A stretch of DNA of 36,848 nucleotides from the IMG/VR virus record IMGVR_UViG_3300028568_000020. One strand, 5' to 3'. Source of the stretch: a virus. Made by a program: the position numbers and the translations under genes. The notes under the pieces were generated by a model. The model saw only the letters and a program-made list of their open reading frames with translations. It did not search any database and had not been told where the DNA came from. Below are positions 26,611 to 34,869 of the stretch, one piece after another; the stretch's first letter is position 1, and each line of letters starts with the position of its first letter.

Positions 26611-26710
26611 TGTAATCACCTTTAATAACTCTCATAAAATAATAAATAAAAATTCCAACAATACACCCAGTTATAAAAAAATATAATACAATAAAAGCTT
26701 CAAAACTCAA
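26606..26710 (-). CDS. 34-aa single-pass membrane peptide (not in ORF track)
   Basis: TTGA overlap with terminase stop; MSFEAFIVLYFFITGCIVGIFIYYFMRVIKGDYN. Confidence 0.5.
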   Translation of the reverse strand: MSFEAFIVLYFFITGCIVGIFIYYFMRVIKGDYN

Positions 26711-27948
26711 TAGAACACCACGCCAGAACTCGGTCTATGAGAAACATTTCTGATATAGTTTGTATAAAGTGCATATCGTAAGGCATCGCATAAGTGGTCG
26801 TGATACTTAATGGGTTCTTCTAATATGTTCCCATCCCTATCTTTTCGATAACTATAATTCTGGATTTCTTCTATAAGGTTAACACTTTCAATATCAATGT
26901 GCAACTTATGCCTTTTAACATAATCAATACCATCTTTAACACTTTTTTCTGCTGGGAAACAATAAAAACCACTTTCCCTTATTTCTTCTATCCTACTGGG
27001 TTCGGCACAATCTGCATAAATTATATCTTTCCGATTATCCAATATTATATCTAATTTTTTTATTAAATCTGTATTGGTTAATTTGGTTTGGTAAAGTTTT
27101 TCCTGAACATAAAACTGTTCGTCATATTCCATAACCTTTATTAATCCAGTTTCTGCATTATACCCAAAATCCAAACCCCAGAAAGTATTTTTGGGTTCAA
27201 ACTTCCACCTTGTGTTTTCCTCTATTGTGTAATTGGAGTAAATGAGGTTTCCAACCTGCCCCCAATCACCCCTTGTATAAATACTAAAATAATTTTCATC
27301 TTCCCCAGCAAGTGTTGCCAACTGATTAATATATTCTCTGGGCAAAAATGGGTTATCTTCCCAAGTGCTATGATGTATAGCCATATCTTCTGCTGGCTGG
27401 CTAACAATTTTTTTATACAGCCAATGGTGAATTGAAATTGGGTTAAAGGTTAAAAACATTTGATTAAAGGTATCACTATTACGCCTTAATCTTAAATTTA
27501 ACTGCATATATTTTTCGAAAGTTATTTCTGTTGCTTCTTCTATCCAGATATAATTGGCTTCAAAACTTTTAATTTTTTCCTCGTCATCAATGGATTTAAA
27601 AAAGATAACATTTTTATTTGATGGGTGTTTTATGGTTAAATCACTATGGTTTATCGTAAATTGCAAACCTGTATTCTGGGTGACATCTGAAAGCAGTTGT
27701 GAAATTAGCATAAAGCAAGTTATTTTAAGTGCTGGCAATGTATTTCTAACAACAAGAAACACCTTATCTTCTTTTTCCAAAAAAAGTTTGACTAACCATT
27801 GGGCAGTTGAAACAGATTTACCAGAACCTGCACCCCCATAAATTACCAGTTTTCTCTTATCAAAATTTAGGGTAAAAAAATCCCAAAATGAACCAATTAA
27901 ATTAATTTCCATCTTCGGTTGTTCCATCTGCATCAGTATCCTTTTCAT
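26707..27948 (-). CDS. terL: Terminase large subunit (PBSX-like); true start probably 27912 or 27927
   Basis: Walker A YGGAGSGKS, Walker B IWIEEATE, LTFNP, RGDW, nuclease GLDFGY and DHLCDALRY. Confidence 0.95.
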   Translation of the reverse strand: MKRILMQMEQPKMEINLIGSFWDFFTLNFDKRKLVIYGGAGSGKSVSTAQWLVKLFLEKEDKVFLVVRNTLPALKITCFMLISQLLSDVTQNTGLQFTINHSDLTIKHPSNKNVIFFKSIDDEEKIKSFEANYIWIEEATEITFEKYMQLNLRLRRNSDTFNQMFLTFNPISIHHWLYKKIVSQPAEDMAIHHSTWEDNPFLPREYINQLATLAGEDENYFSIYTRGDWGQVGNLIYSNYTIEENTRWKFEPKNTFWGLDFGYNAETGLIKVMEYDEQFYVQEKLYQTKLTNTDLIKKLDIILDNRKDIIYADCAEPSRIEEIRESGFYCFPAEKSVKDGIDYVKRHKLHIDIESVNLIEEIQNYSYRKDRDGNILEEPIKYHDHLCDALRYALYTNYIRNVSHRPSSGVVFY

Positions 27949-28573
27949 CTTCCACCACTTTTGCTTCTGTTACCACAAGATTATCAAATAAATCTCTATG
28001 TGGATTTTTATCATTTATAATATTGTAAGTTATCTGTATCTTGTTATTGGCTTTGGGTTCTTTTTCCTTATCCAACCCCATAATAATTCTTTCCAACTCA
28101 ATCCCAGTTTTTATAAACTGTAATATTTCCATTGGTCTTAAACCTGCTAGGTCTGGTTCACCATTAATAAAAGTTTCTAATTTTTTTAAACTTTCTTTCC
28201 CAATATTGTGTAACTCCCTTGCAGTTTCTTCCTGTTGGGTTATGTATCTTTTACGCTGTTCCATCTTGGCTTCTATTTCTGTTTGTTGCAACAAACTATC
28301 ATATAACTTTGCCCTGTCCCACCACTTGTTCTTTTTTGCGTGTTTAGCCATTAAAATGTAAGTTCTACCTTTTGTTCTGGCAACATTGGAAATACTCCTA
28401 TCAGCACCCTGCCTTAAAAATTCACAAAAATAATCAAACTGTTTTGCTGTTTCTTGTGGTAATCGTTTATCCAAATAGTTTTCCAAGTCTTTAATCGTTT
28501 CATTGGATATTGTTAATGCCTTGCGTGGTCTGCCCCCAACACTTTTTCCTGCCTCCCCACCTTTCACAAACAT
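27902..28573 (-). CDS. Terminase small subunit (probable)
   Basis: Directly upstream of terL; GGRPRK, F..F...G..RS+..VA, W.DRA..YD pattern; coiled coil. Confidence 0.7.
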   Translation of the reverse strand: MFVKGGEAGKSVGGRPRKALTISNETIKDLENYLDKRLPQETAKQFDYFCEFLRQGADRSISNVARTKGRTYILMAKHAKKNKWWDRAKLYDSLLQQTEIEAKMEQRKRYITQQEETARELHNIGKESLKKLETFINGEPDLAGLRPMEILQFIKTGIELERIIMGLDKEKEPKANNKIQITYNIINDKNPHRDLFDNLVVTEAKVVEDEKDTDADGTTEDGN

Positions 28574-28607
28574 AAATAATACCCTATTTAACTGTTTATA
28601 TACTTAA

Positions 28608-28808
28608 CTACTGGGTTTTTAACTTTACCCTAATATAAGTTAAATTATAATGAGAACTTAATGGGTTTTCATTTAAAATCTCTACTAAATCAATAATTTT
28701 AAGGTTTTCCAACCTTTTTAAGTAATCAGGGCTTAAACACCAATAGGGTTCTACCCAACTGTTGCCATTAAAATCCCTATTAAAAAATAGATATTTTAAA
28801 AAGTTCAT
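28608..28808 (-). CDS. Hypothetical protein
   Basis: GAGGTG SD, 66 aa. Confidence 0.5.
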   Translation of the reverse strand: MNFLKYLFFNRDFNGNSWVEPYWCLSPDYLKRLENLKIIDLVEILNENPLSSHYNLTYIRVKLKTQ

Positions 28809-28814
28809 TTAAAA

Positions 28815-28898
28815 TTACACCTCACAAATCTTAACTTGGTCTATTTCCCCATTTTCTTTTGGGCAGTTTATTTTTCTGGTTATTAGTAAGTTAATCAT
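28815..28898 (-). CDS. 27-aa ORF, possibly a truncated zinc-finger gene
   Basis: ATGA overlap; MINLLITRKINCPKENGEIDQVKICEV. Confidence 0.3.
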   Translation of the reverse strand: MINLLITRKINCPKENGEIDQVKICEV

Positions 28899-29080
28899 AT
28901 ATCTTCCTTATACCCACAATTATGACACTTAACACCAACATCAACTGGAAAACTTGCTGTTGTGCTACCATAAGGGACACTTTCATAAATTGTCTTAAAA
29001 TCTTCCCTATCATAAGGGGTTAAGCATTTTGGGCAAATTTCATAATCATCTATTTGTTTCTGTTGTTCTTTTGTTACCAC
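28895..29080 (-). CDS. Zinc-ribbon microprotein
   Basis: CPKC...CHNCG; GTG start after AGGTGA. Confidence 0.7.
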   Translation of the reverse strand: MVTKEQQKQIDDYEICPKCLTPYDREDFKTIYESVPYGSTTASFPVDVGVKCHNCGYKEDI

Positions 29081-29200
29081 TTAATCACCTTCTATATCTA
29101 TCAAATCAGAACAGTAGCAATCTTCACATAAGTAAGCATCATATTCTGATATGTAGCTTACAGGTTCGTTTTTTTTACAGTATTCACAGTTTTTACTCAT
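29081..29200 (-). CDS. 39-aa zinc-finger microprotein (not in ORF track)
   Basis: MSKNCEYC...LCEDCYC; GGTGA SD; first gene after a promoter. Confidence 0.65.
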   Translation of the reverse strand: MSKNCEYCKKNEPVSYISEYDAYLCEDCYCSDLIDIEGD

Positions 29201-29225
29201 TTAATATCACCATAAATAACTAATA

Positions 29226-29251
29226 GTGTTATATATATAAACCTTTTGGTT
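29226..29251 (-). promoter_or_regulatory. Archaeal BRE-TATA promoter
   Basis: Minus strand AACCAAAAGGTTTATATATATAACAC. Confidence 0.78.
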
Positions 29252-29278
29252 GGTTGTATAAAAAAAAATTTACACTTG

Positions 29279-29308
29279 TATTAAAGAAAATACGGTTTTT
29301 CTTTAATA
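29279..29308. repeat. 12-bp perfect inverted repeat with 6-bp spacer
   Basis: TATTAAAGAAAA-TACGGT-TTTTCTTTAATA; a second 7-bp hairpin follows at 29321-29338. Confidence 0.7.
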
Positions 29309-29447
29309 GCTGGGTGTTCTATTAAAGGTTTCTTTAATCATATATATAAAAAGTTAAAATTTTTAAATCAAAATTTTAACACCCCTGTCAACCTTAAAAA
29401 AACTTTTAAGACCTTTTTGACACATTTTGGTAAAAATAATTAAAAAA

Positions 29448-29475
29448 GTTACGTATAATAAACATTATACGTAAT
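29448..29475. other. dif-like (Xer-type) 11-6-11 palindromic site
   Basis: GTTACGTATAA-TAAACA-TTATACGTAAT; arms match at 10 of 11 positions with the inner ATAA/TTAT of dif sites. Confidence 0.5.
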
Positions 29476-29596
29476 AAATCTTAATAATATAGTAAATGAA
29501 ACTTGCCTTTGTGGGGTATTCGTGAATTAATCTAATCCTTTCTGCCAGTTCTACCAACCTATCTTCTTCCATTTGCACTTGTTTTCGTGTTCTCAT
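29465..29596 (-). CDS. Ribbon-helix-helix (CopG/Arc-like) regulator, 43 aa (not in ORF track)
   Basis: MRTRKQVQMEEDRLVELAERIRLIHEYPTKASFIYYIIKIYYV; GGTGA SD; own promoter. Confidence 0.6.
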   Translation of the reverse strand: MRTRKQVQMEEDRLVELAERIRLIHEYPTKASFIYYIIKIYYV

Positions 29597-29620
29597 AACA
29601 TCACCATACATAACTACACC

Positions 29621-29645
29621 TATTATATATATAAACCTTTTAGTT
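29621..29645 (-). promoter_or_regulatory. Archaeal BRE-TATA promoter
   Basis: Minus strand AACTAAAAGGTTTATATATATAATA. Confidence 0.75.
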
Positions 29646-29764
29646 GATACCCCTTATTTTTATATTATTTATTTACCCTGTGGGGTGTGTATTATATAGT
29701 TAAAACTGCTGGAAACGGTGTCTTACGCTTACGAACACTTAATATTTTAATATATATTATGATT

Positions 29765-30157
29765 TGTTACATATATATAAAAAACATCTGTAACATCTGT
29801 AACACCAAATATTATAACTTTCTTATACTTAAACACCTAAATACATAATTTTTCTATACTTTTACCCAACACAACACCACAAACTTATAGGGGTGAAAAT
29901 GTTACAGATGTTACACATTTTCTGGAAAGTAGTTACTATATTATTTTTGTTATACTACAAAATTATAGAATAATGTGTAACATCTGTAACACTATTTTAT
30001 ACTATCTACTATATTATACTATATTTATATTTTTAAATAAAATAATATAAATATATTATAGAAAAGTAAGTAAAAGTAACAGAAATTTAAAAGAAAAAAT
30101 GTTACACATTTTACAAACATCTGTAACAATGCGTAACAATGTGTAACATCTGTAACA
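29765..30157. repeat. Iteron cluster, probable replication origin
   Basis: About a dozen (T)GTAACA/TGTTACA cores at 9-10 bp spacing in both orientations; AATGTGTAACATCTGTAACA at 29972 and 30138 with its exact reverse complement at 29900; very AT-rich core at about 29995-30060. Confidence 0.7.
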
Positions 30158-30202
30158 TTTATATTTTTTTAAGTAAAAACATAAGAATAATATAAAAAAG
30201 TG

Positions 30203-30613
30203 TTAAATTTTATTAAACATATCTATTTCTGCAAACAGTTCCAGCCACCAGTCTTTTCCAAAACACTTAAACAGATGTTCTATCCTGTCTAAATTCCAAA
30301 CTGTGCCCTTACTGAACGGGTCTTTAACAGAATACCCAATTTCCCCACAATTATAGCAAACCCATAATCCCACATCATAAAAATTGATTTTATCATAAAT
30401 ATACACCCTTTTCTTTTTGGTGCTACACTTATTGCAGGTTATGTTCCCCTTTGTTGTGCTGTCTTCTACTACCCAATCAATATCCAAACTTTTCCCAAAT
30501 ATACAGCCTTTTAATTCTGTTTGCTTGTCAACTGTTAACATACAGTTTTTGTTGCATTTTAAAAAATCTTTTGGATTTACTCTTTTACAATATAATATCT
30601 CTCTTTTGTGCAA
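30203..30613 (-). CDS. Multi-CxxC zinc-binding protein
   Basis: CNKNC, CNKC, CYNCG; TTG start after GGGGTGG SD. Confidence 0.65.
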   Translation of the reverse strand: MHKREILYCKRVNPKDFLKCNKNCMLTVDKQTELKGCIFGKSLDIDWVVEDSTTKGNITCNKCSTKKKRVYIYDKINFYDVGLWVCYNCGEIGYSVKDPFSKGTVWNLDRIEHLFKCFGKDWWLELFAEIDMFNKI

Positions 30614-32413
30614 TTAACCACCCCAACTTTTTCCTATTGTTATGTCTACATCAATCTTAACATCTGCTATAAATTGATACCACGCTTCCATCATACAATT
30701 TTTTAGTTCCCTGCTTATCCTTTCACTATCTGTTTCCTTACATTCTAAAACTATTTCATCGTGAACAATAGCCACAATTTTAACTGATCTTAATTCACTA
30801 CATAATAATGTTTTAAATATGTTAAATAGTGCTACTTTTAATATATCAGCACCAGTTCCTTGAACTGGCGTATTATATAGTTCTCCTGTAATATAATCCT
30901 TGTCATACCTTCTTATCCTGCCACCTAATGTAACACTATAATCTTTTCTACTTAATTTACTATGCCAGTCTTTTAAACCCCTATAAGTTTCAAAAAATCT
31001 TTTTTTAAATATTTCTGCTTTACCCAATGTTATCTCTAAACCAAAATTGGTCTTGGCATAATCCTTAAAACTTTCTGCCCCCATACTGTATAAAAACCCA
31101 AAATTAAATGACTTGGCTTGGTATCTTTGTTCCTTTGTTACCTGTTCTTTTGGGACACCCAGAAGTTTGCTGGCACTTAAAGTGTGTAAATCTTCACCCA
31201 ACTCATAAGCCTTTAACATGACTGGGTCTTGTGATAAATGGGTAGCTATACGCAGTTCTATCTGTGAATAGTCCGCTTTTATCAATACACCCCCATCTTC
31301 TTGTGCCTTAAAACACTTTCTATAATTCTTTTCCCTCGGCACTTGCTGTATATTGGGGTTGTTGCAACTAAACCTTCCAGTTGCTGTTCCTATCAGATTA
31401 TATTTTGGGTGTAATCTGTTATCTTTCGAACTTTTATATTTCTGATATTCCTTTCCAAAACTTGTTAATTTTTTTGATATTGTTTTATACTCAATCAATA
31501 GTGGCAGAACTGGGTGTCTGTCTTTTATGGTGTCTAAAAAGTCTTTCCCAGTTGTTTCCACTTTAATACCCAAGTTTAAATCTTGTAATACTTCTTTAAG
31601 CTGTATTGGTGAATTTAAGTTAATATGCCTATCCAACATAATTAAAATTTGGTCTTCCAGTTTATCATATTCAAACTGTAATTGTTGGGCAATAAGTTCC
31701 CAATCATTAAAATCCAGATAAATGCCATCTTTAATGCACCTTACTATTGTTGGAATACAGTTAATGTCAATGTTAAATGCCTTTGTTAATCCCATTTGTT
31801 CCAACTTATTTTTTAATATCCCATACAGTTCATAAGTTACTTCTACATCTTTTTTGGCATATCTTACTTGGTCAATACTTAATTTTTTAATCAACCAATT
31901 TCCAGTTTGTTCTGATTTATCTAACTTTATGTTAAGGTATTTGTTGCATAAATCTTCCAAACTAAATCCTTTTCTGTTTAATCCACAATCAATTATTTTT
32001 TCTGCCACTTGTGTATCAAATAACTTAAAATCTGTTCTTTTGATGTGGGCATAAGGGTAAAGCATACTTAAATCAAATATGGCATTATGGAAAACTAATA
32101 TGCCATTGGTGTAATTTAATAAGATGTTAACAATATATCTTTTTTGTTCATCATCATAATCAAAAAAATCAAATATAAAAACTTCATCATTATCAATTTT
32201 AACTTGTAGTAATCTTACATAATCTTCACTAAAATCCAACCCTGTTGTTTCTGTGTCAATGGCAATAATATTAGAACCCATTATTTTTAACATTGTATCT
32301 TTTAGGTTATCCCATTGTGCTGTTACCATCACATTGTTAAATTCTTTTTGAATATCTGCCTTTTGTTTTAAGGTATCTTCAAAACTAAATAATGTTTCTT
32401 GAACCCCTACCAT
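30614..32413 (-). CDS. polA: Family A DNA polymerase with 3'-5' exonuclease, no 5'-3' exonuclease
   Basis: ExoI IAIDTETTG, ExoII HNAIFDL, ExoIII YAKKD; motif A KADYSQIELR, motif B RYQAKSFNFGFLY, motif C VHDEI; TGRFSCNNPNIQQVPR. Confidence 0.95.
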   Translation of the reverse strand: MVGVQETLFSFEDTLKQKADIQKEFNNVMVTAQWDNLKDTMLKIMGSNIIAIDTETTGLDFSEDYVRLLQVKIDNDEVFIFDFFDYDDEQKRYIVNILLNYTNGILVFHNAIFDLSMLYPYAHIKRTDFKLFDTQVAEKIIDCGLNRKGFSLEDLCNKYLNIKLDKSEQTGNWLIKKLSIDQVRYAKKDVEVTYELYGILKNKLEQMGLTKAFNIDINCIPTIVRCIKDGIYLDFNDWELIAQQLQFEYDKLEDQILIMLDRHINLNSPIQLKEVLQDLNLGIKVETTGKDFLDTIKDRHPVLPLLIEYKTISKKLTSFGKEYQKYKSSKDNRLHPKYNLIGTATGRFSCNNPNIQQVPREKNYRKCFKAQEDGGVLIKADYSQIELRIATHLSQDPVMLKAYELGEDLHTLSASKLLGVPKEQVTKEQRYQAKSFNFGFLYSMGAESFKDYAKTNFGLEITLGKAEIFKKRFFETYRGLKDWHSKLSRKDYSVTLGGRIRRYDKDYITGELYNTPVQGTGADILKVALFNIFKTLLCSELRSVKIVAIVHDEIVLECKETDSERISRELKNCMMEAWYQFIADVKIDVDITIGKSWGG

Positions 32414-32423
32414 TTAATTTCCC

Positions 32424-34124
32424 CTAAAAGTAATTTTGCAATGTAGATTGTTCCCCATCATCTAAATCTAATTTACCAAAAATTTCATTTATTTTTTTAG
32501 CATCCCCTTTAAAAAATACTAAAACATTTTGGTGCATTTTACCAATTTTTCTTGAATTATTAAAAATTTTACCTGCCCTAATAGGTAAAGTCCCAATAGA
32601 ATTAACTAAAATAATTTCATTATATTTTAAAGCACCCCATTTCGTAAAAATATTAACCGTTTCTTCTGGTAAATTTCTATAAAAACCCTTTTCATCCCTT
32701 ACATCACCTACAACAAATACAGCAAATCTGTTATTTTTTAATTTATCTAATGACTTTTTGATAATTGAACTATACACTTCTAAAAATTGATTATAAGTCA
32801 TGTTGCTTAAATCCTGTTTGTTATCAGAATAAACCTCTAAATCAAAATATGGGGGGCAACTAAAAATTAAATCTACACTTTCATTTTCAATTAAATCTAA
32901 AACTTGATTACTATCCCCAGTTAACCAAACTGGATTAATATAATCATCTTGTTGTTTTTTTGCTGTTTCCCTGATACCAATTATCCAAAATAAATCACCA
33001 CTTTCTAAAAATGGGATGCATTTTGCTTCATAAATTGGGTCTAATTCTATTCCTTTAAAATTAGTTGTTGGTGCAAATTTATGGTAATCTAAACCACTAT
33101 CAATTAAAGTTACCTTTTCTTTCCAATCACTTGGTGCATATTTATTTAATCTTTCCTCTGGATTAGCACCAACACAAACACCCAAAACTTTAATATTTAA
33201 ATTTTGTTCTTTTAATCCCCATAATAATCCACTTAAAGACATTCCACTCCCAACAGTTATAACAATTCTTTTTACATCAGTTGGTATATCCACAACTTGT
33301 TGTTTTGTTTGATTAATAACTTCATCACATTCCATTCCAAAAGGTATTTCTGCCCATCCCAAATTTTTAGCATCTTCTCTTGCTCTTGCAACAATAACAC
33401 TATTATACCCTGCTTTATGTTGAATAATCTCTGCACCCTTTTCTTGTGCCCTAATTAATTCTGGTGAAAGTTCACCTTGTGGGGTGTGTGCCCTGCATTT
33501 TAAATTTAATCTTTTGGCTAATGTTGCAACAATATTAACTTGTGGTGATGAACGACTCCCTGCTGTAACAACACCTGTTGTTTTTAAGTTTTTCATTAAA
33601 CCCCAAGCTGTTCTAACTTTTCCACCACAAACACCATCAATAGTAAATAAATCTTCCCTTTTAAACCACATATCATCTATTTTTTGGATAGGTGTAACAA
33701 AATTAAATATAGAATTATTTGTTTTATTTTTAGGTTTTATATCTATCCATTGTTGTTCATTTGCTTCAATTTGTCTTTGACTTAAATCAATGCCTATATA
33801 GGGGTAACCTGATAAGGAAGCTACAATGCCCCTCACACTCCCACCAGCAAAACAATCTAATATTTTTCCATTTTCAACATTAAACCACTCGTAACAAATT
33901 TCACATAAAGCTGGGTCAAAAATACTTGTTTCTTGTGATTGTTTTATGCCATACTTTTTTTCATCAAATCCTTTTGGCAAACACCCAGCATCTCTCCCCA
34001 GTTCCCCTTTTATACCAAGTTTTAACCATTTTTTTCTTCTGTCTATCCAATATTGTTGTTTTGTGTCAAAAACACTAAATGGGGGTATTAAAAATTTGTC
34101 TTCTAATTTATTGAATTTTTTCAT
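32424..34124 (-). CDS. SAM-dependent amino-methyltransferase-like protein split by an in-frame fold-type II PLP enzyme domain
   Basis: MTase motifs ILDCFAGGS, GIDL, GDS, DLIFSCPPY; insert (aa ~143-386, nt ~32967-33698) with KREDL..GGKVR, TAGSRSSPQ, VGSGMS, LDPIYEAK. Confidence 0.85.
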   Translation of the reverse strand: MKKFNKLEDKFLIPPFSVFDTKQQYWIDRRKKWLKLGIKGELGRDAGCLPKGFDEKKYGIKQSQETSIFDPALCEICYEWFNVENGKILDCFAGGSVRGIVASLSGYPYIGIDLSQRQIEANEQQWIDIKPKNKTNNSIFNFVTPIQKIDDMWFKREDLFTIDGVCGGKVRTAWGLMKNLKTTGVVTAGSRSSPQVNIVATLAKRLNLKCRAHTPQGELSPELIRAQEKGAEIIQHKAGYNSVIVARAREDAKNLGWAEIPFGMECDEVINQTKQQVVDIPTDVKRIVITVGSGMSLSGLLWGLKEQNLNIKVLGVCVGANPEERLNKYAPSDWKEKVTLIDSGLDYHKFAPTTNFKGIELDPIYEAKCIPFLESGDLFWIIGIRETAKKQQDDYINPVWLTGDSNQVLDLIENESVDLIFSCPPYFDLEVYSDNKQDLSNMTYNQFLEVYSSIIKKSLDKLKNNRFAVFVVGDVRDEKGFYRNLPEETVNIFTKWGALKYNEIILVNSIGTLPIRAGKIFNNSRKIGKMHQNVLVFFKGDAKKINEIFGKLDLDDGEQSTLQNYF

Positions 34125-34174
34125 TTTTTTATCTCCTGTAATTTTTTTATTATTGTGAAAAAATTTAATTTATT

Positions 34175-34861
34175 TTATTCATTCATTGGTTTTATCTTGT
34201 TGAAATAATACATAAATGGGGTGTCAATTAAAGCATTTAATACTTTAAATAAATATCCTAATATCCCCATATTCAATAAAACATAATTTGGAAAAACTCC
34301 ATAAAATGCTATTGTTAAAAATATTAGGGTATCAAATATGCTTGCTACCATTGTTGATGCATTATTTCTTAACCATAATTTCTTTTCACCAGTTTGGTCT
34401 TTTATTTTATGAAATATTGTAACATCTATAATACTTGAAAAAGTATAAGCTATTATTGATGCTAAAGCTATTCTGGGCATTAAGGCAAATATGGCTTGTA
34501 AAGATGGTCTTGCCCAATCTTCAAAAGATGGCACATAAAGTAGCATTATCTGGGTGTAAAAAGTAAAAATTACCATTCCTGCTATCCCCAGATAACAAGC
34601 CTGTTTTGCTAATTTTTTTCCATACTTTTCACTTATAAAATCTGTTGCCAGATAACTTAAACTGTAAGTGTTCCCAATACCTGCAATTAAACCAAATATT
34701 GATGCTAATTGTAAAACTGCTATATTGGCATATATTATATATATGGGTATTAAAATAAAAAGCCCGATTTTCCCAAATATTTTATATAGCACAAGCAGTA
34801 ATCCTGCCCCTATTAAAAATTCTACAATCCACAAAATTGAGTTAAACAAAATTTCATTCAT
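34175..34861 (-). CDS. yhhQ: YhhQ/VUT-family (DUF165) 7-deazaguanine (queuosine precursor) transporter
   Basis: About six TM helices; IYANIAV, IGNTY, LATDFISEKYGKK.A, PRIALASIIAYTFS, LWLRNNASTMVASIFDT. Confidence 0.88.
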   Translation of the reverse strand: MNEILFNSILWIVEFLIGAGLLLVLYKIFGKIGLFILIPIYIIYANIAVLQLASIFGLIAGIGNTYSLSYLATDFISEKYGKKLAKQACYLGIAGMVIFTFYTQIMLLYVPSFEDWARPSLQAIFALMPRIALASIIAYTFSSIIDVTIFHKIKDQTGEKKLWLRNNASTMVASIFDTLIFLTIAFYGVFPNYVLLNMGILGYLFKVLNALIDTPFMYYFNKIKPMNE

Positions 34862-34869
34862 TTTTTCAT

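Noticed and set aside
22575-27841. Alternative-frame minus-strand ORFs at 22575-22763, 27222-27407 and 27554-27841
   Set aside because: Nested within MuF and terL, with no SD or motif support.
29765-30157. CRISPR array or mini-array
   Set aside because: Repeats are 7-20 bp, irregularly spaced and in both orientations, with no unique 30-40 bp spacers. The 36656-36711 pair has only a 10-bp spacer.
32967-33698. Intein or homing endonuclease as the insert in the methyltransferase
   Set aside because: No N-terminal Cys/Ser block, no His-Asn end, no LAGLIDADG/HNH motif; the insert has PLP-enzyme motifs. No inteins were seen in PolA, helicase or terminase either.
301-33780. Plus-strand ORFs antisense to long minus-strand genes (e.g. 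301-804, 2954-3262, 9587-9910, 13567-13971, 28041-28361, 33484-33780)
   Set aside because: Shadow frames of well-supported genes; no SD, no promoter, no recognisable motifs.
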